A DNA stretch of 63,602 bases, the filler included. It is 8 parts of 8 records of this genome, joined end to end, with 100 filler letters (N's around TTAATTAATTAA, not from the genome) between each part and the next. Parts side by side here need not be neighbours in the genome. Positions count along the whole stretch, not along the records: positions 58,558 to 63,602 come from SRR31156797_28204; 7 more parts are not named here. The stretch is one strand, 5' to 3'. Made by a program: the position numbers and the translations under genes. Positions 62,640 to 63,602 of the stretch are shown in pieces. Numbering within the stretch: the first letter of the stretch is position 1; each line of letters starts with the position of its first letter. The notes beneath the pieces were generated by a model, which worked only from the letters and a program-made list of their open reading frames with translations, ran no database searches and had not been told where the DNA came from.

Positions 62640-62693
62640 ATGAAAAAAATAATCGCAGAAACTAATAACTATTATTACTACTATTATATATAG
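62640..62693 (+). CDS. Tyr-rich leader peptide MKKIIAETNNYYYYYYI (not in ORF track)
   Basis: GGAG at 62630-62633, ATG 62640, TAT TAT TAC TAC TAT TAT at 62670-62687, TAG 62691-62693; upstream of tyrS. Confidence 0.85.
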   Translation: MKKIIAETNNYYYYYYI

Positions 62694-62801
62694 GGTTTGT
62701 ATGAATTTGAATTATCTGTTTAGCAGAGAATAATTTGGATTGATGTAAGCCCTGTTTGTAGTGTAACAAAGTTTGAAGGGCTGCGAGAGAAAAGAGTATT
62801 T

Positions 62802-62836
62802 AACTCACAGCCAAGCGCTGTGAGTTTTTTTATTTT
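62802..62836 (+). terminator. Intrinsic terminator (attenuator) in the tyrS leader
   Basis: AACTCACAGC-caagc-GCTGTGAGTT then TTTTTATTTT. Confidence 0.88.
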
Positions 62837-63092
62837 AAAGCGAATTCTTTTTTAATAGCAATTGTAGTGCGAGAATCTTATGGTGATGATCGAAAAATAA
62901 ATTTATAAGTATTCTGTTGTGGAAGTTGGATAGTTAATTGAGTTTTTAGTTAAATATTTATTTGATGCAACGTAAGGTTGCCGCAGCTTGCCGCGAAGGC
63001 AAGATTTAATGTTTTGTGAATTAGTAATCTAAAATAAGAATAAAAAATAATATAGAGATAAGCTGTGGAAACAGCAAATGAAAGGGGAAAAA

Positions 63093-63602
63093 ATGAGCGA
63101 AAACGTGAATATGAACGTTGAACAAGAAGTAGAAAGACAGTTTAATATCCTTATGAGAGGTGTAGAGGATTTAGTATCTGAAGAAGAGTTTAAAAAGAAA
63201 CTTAAAAAATCTATCGAAACAAATACACCATTAAATGTAAAATTAGGTGTAGATCCTACAGGAAGTGAGCTTCATATCGGACATGCAGTTCAACTTAGAA
63301 AATTAAAAGCATTCCAAGAATTAGGACACAATGTAAAATTCCTAATTGGAACTTTTACTGCTAAAATCGGAGATCCTACCGGTAAATCTGAAACTAGAAA
63401 AATGTTATCTGATGAAGATATAGCTGAAAACGTAAAAGGTTGGTTAGAGCAGGCACAAATTATACTTGATTTAGATAAAATTGAAGTTGTATATAATGGA
63501 GACTGGCTGGAAAAATTAAATCTTGAAGATGTACTTAAATTATTATCTCAATTTACTGTAGCACAAATGGTGCAAAGAGAAGATTTCGCTAACAGATTAA
63601 AA
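63093..63602 (+). CDS. tyrS: Tyrosine--tRNA ligase, running off the window
   Basis: Manual translation MSENVNMNVEQEVERQFNILMRG...VKLGVDPTGSELHIGH...FTAKIGDPTGKSETRK..VYNGDWL. Confidence 0.95.
   Translation, partial: MSENVNMNVEQEVERQFNILMRGVEDLVSEEEFKKKLKKSIETNTPLNVKLGVDPTGSELHIGHAVQLRKLKAFQELGHNVKFLIGTFTAKIGDPTGKSETRKMLSDEDIAENVKGWLEQAQIILDLDKIEVVYNGDWLEKLNLEDVLKLLSQFTVAQMVQREDFANRLK

Noticed and set aside
62600-63092. T-box riboswitch upstream of tyrS
   Set aside because: No GGTGG-N-ACC(G)CG T-box sequence before the terminator; the poly-Tyr uORF explains the leader better
1-63602. CRISPR array, rRNA or group II intron/retroelement
   Set aside because: No regularly spaced direct repeats, rRNA motifs, cas genes or reverse transcriptase seen

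Overview
The window is not one genome. It is eight unrelated contigs joined by 100-nt artificial spacers (N44-TTAATTAATTAA-N44); taxonomic labels are inferred from protein similarity and composition. (1) 1-7605, Methanosarcinaceae-like archaeon: ADP-forming acetate-CoA ligase, DRTGG/phosphotransacetylase-family gene, two Ig-repeat PGF-pre-PGF surface proteins. (2) 7706-12902, low-GC Fusobacteriota-like bacterium: sensor kinase, four-carbon acid sugar kinase, DUF1694, murA. (3) 13003-19954, Methanosarcinaceae-like: PrsW, CBS protein, a Zn-finger microprotein, then an AT-rich decaying island (integrase remnant, broken PRTase-like gene, wHTH, MITE, KAP-NTPase-like gene). (4) 20055-39520, clostridial: chitobiose utilisation cluster (GH94 phosphorylase, phosphomutase, ROK kinase, nagB, two-component system, ABC transporter, PIG-L deacetylase, no nagA) plus a second ABC/two-component locus. 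(5) 39621-44908, Arcobacteraceae-like: plsY, two NosL-family genes, nadA, nadC, orphan RHS piece. (6) 45009-52357, Bacteroidota: aldo/keto reductase, PpiD/SurA, dprA, tatD, asparaginase, tRNA-Ser(GGA), ExbB. (7) 52458-58457, Arcobacteraceae-like nif accessory cluster (nifB, nifV, LRR protein, nifQ), RluA, purB. (8) 58558-63602, low-GC Fusobacteriota-like: pykF, RHH-ParA/ParB with palindromic sites, GNAT, tyrS. The strongest find is absent from the ORF track: a 17-codon leader peptide with six consecutive Tyr codons, alternative hairpins and an intrinsic terminator upstream of tyrS. This looks like a ribosome-mediated tyrosine attenuator used instead of a T-box.
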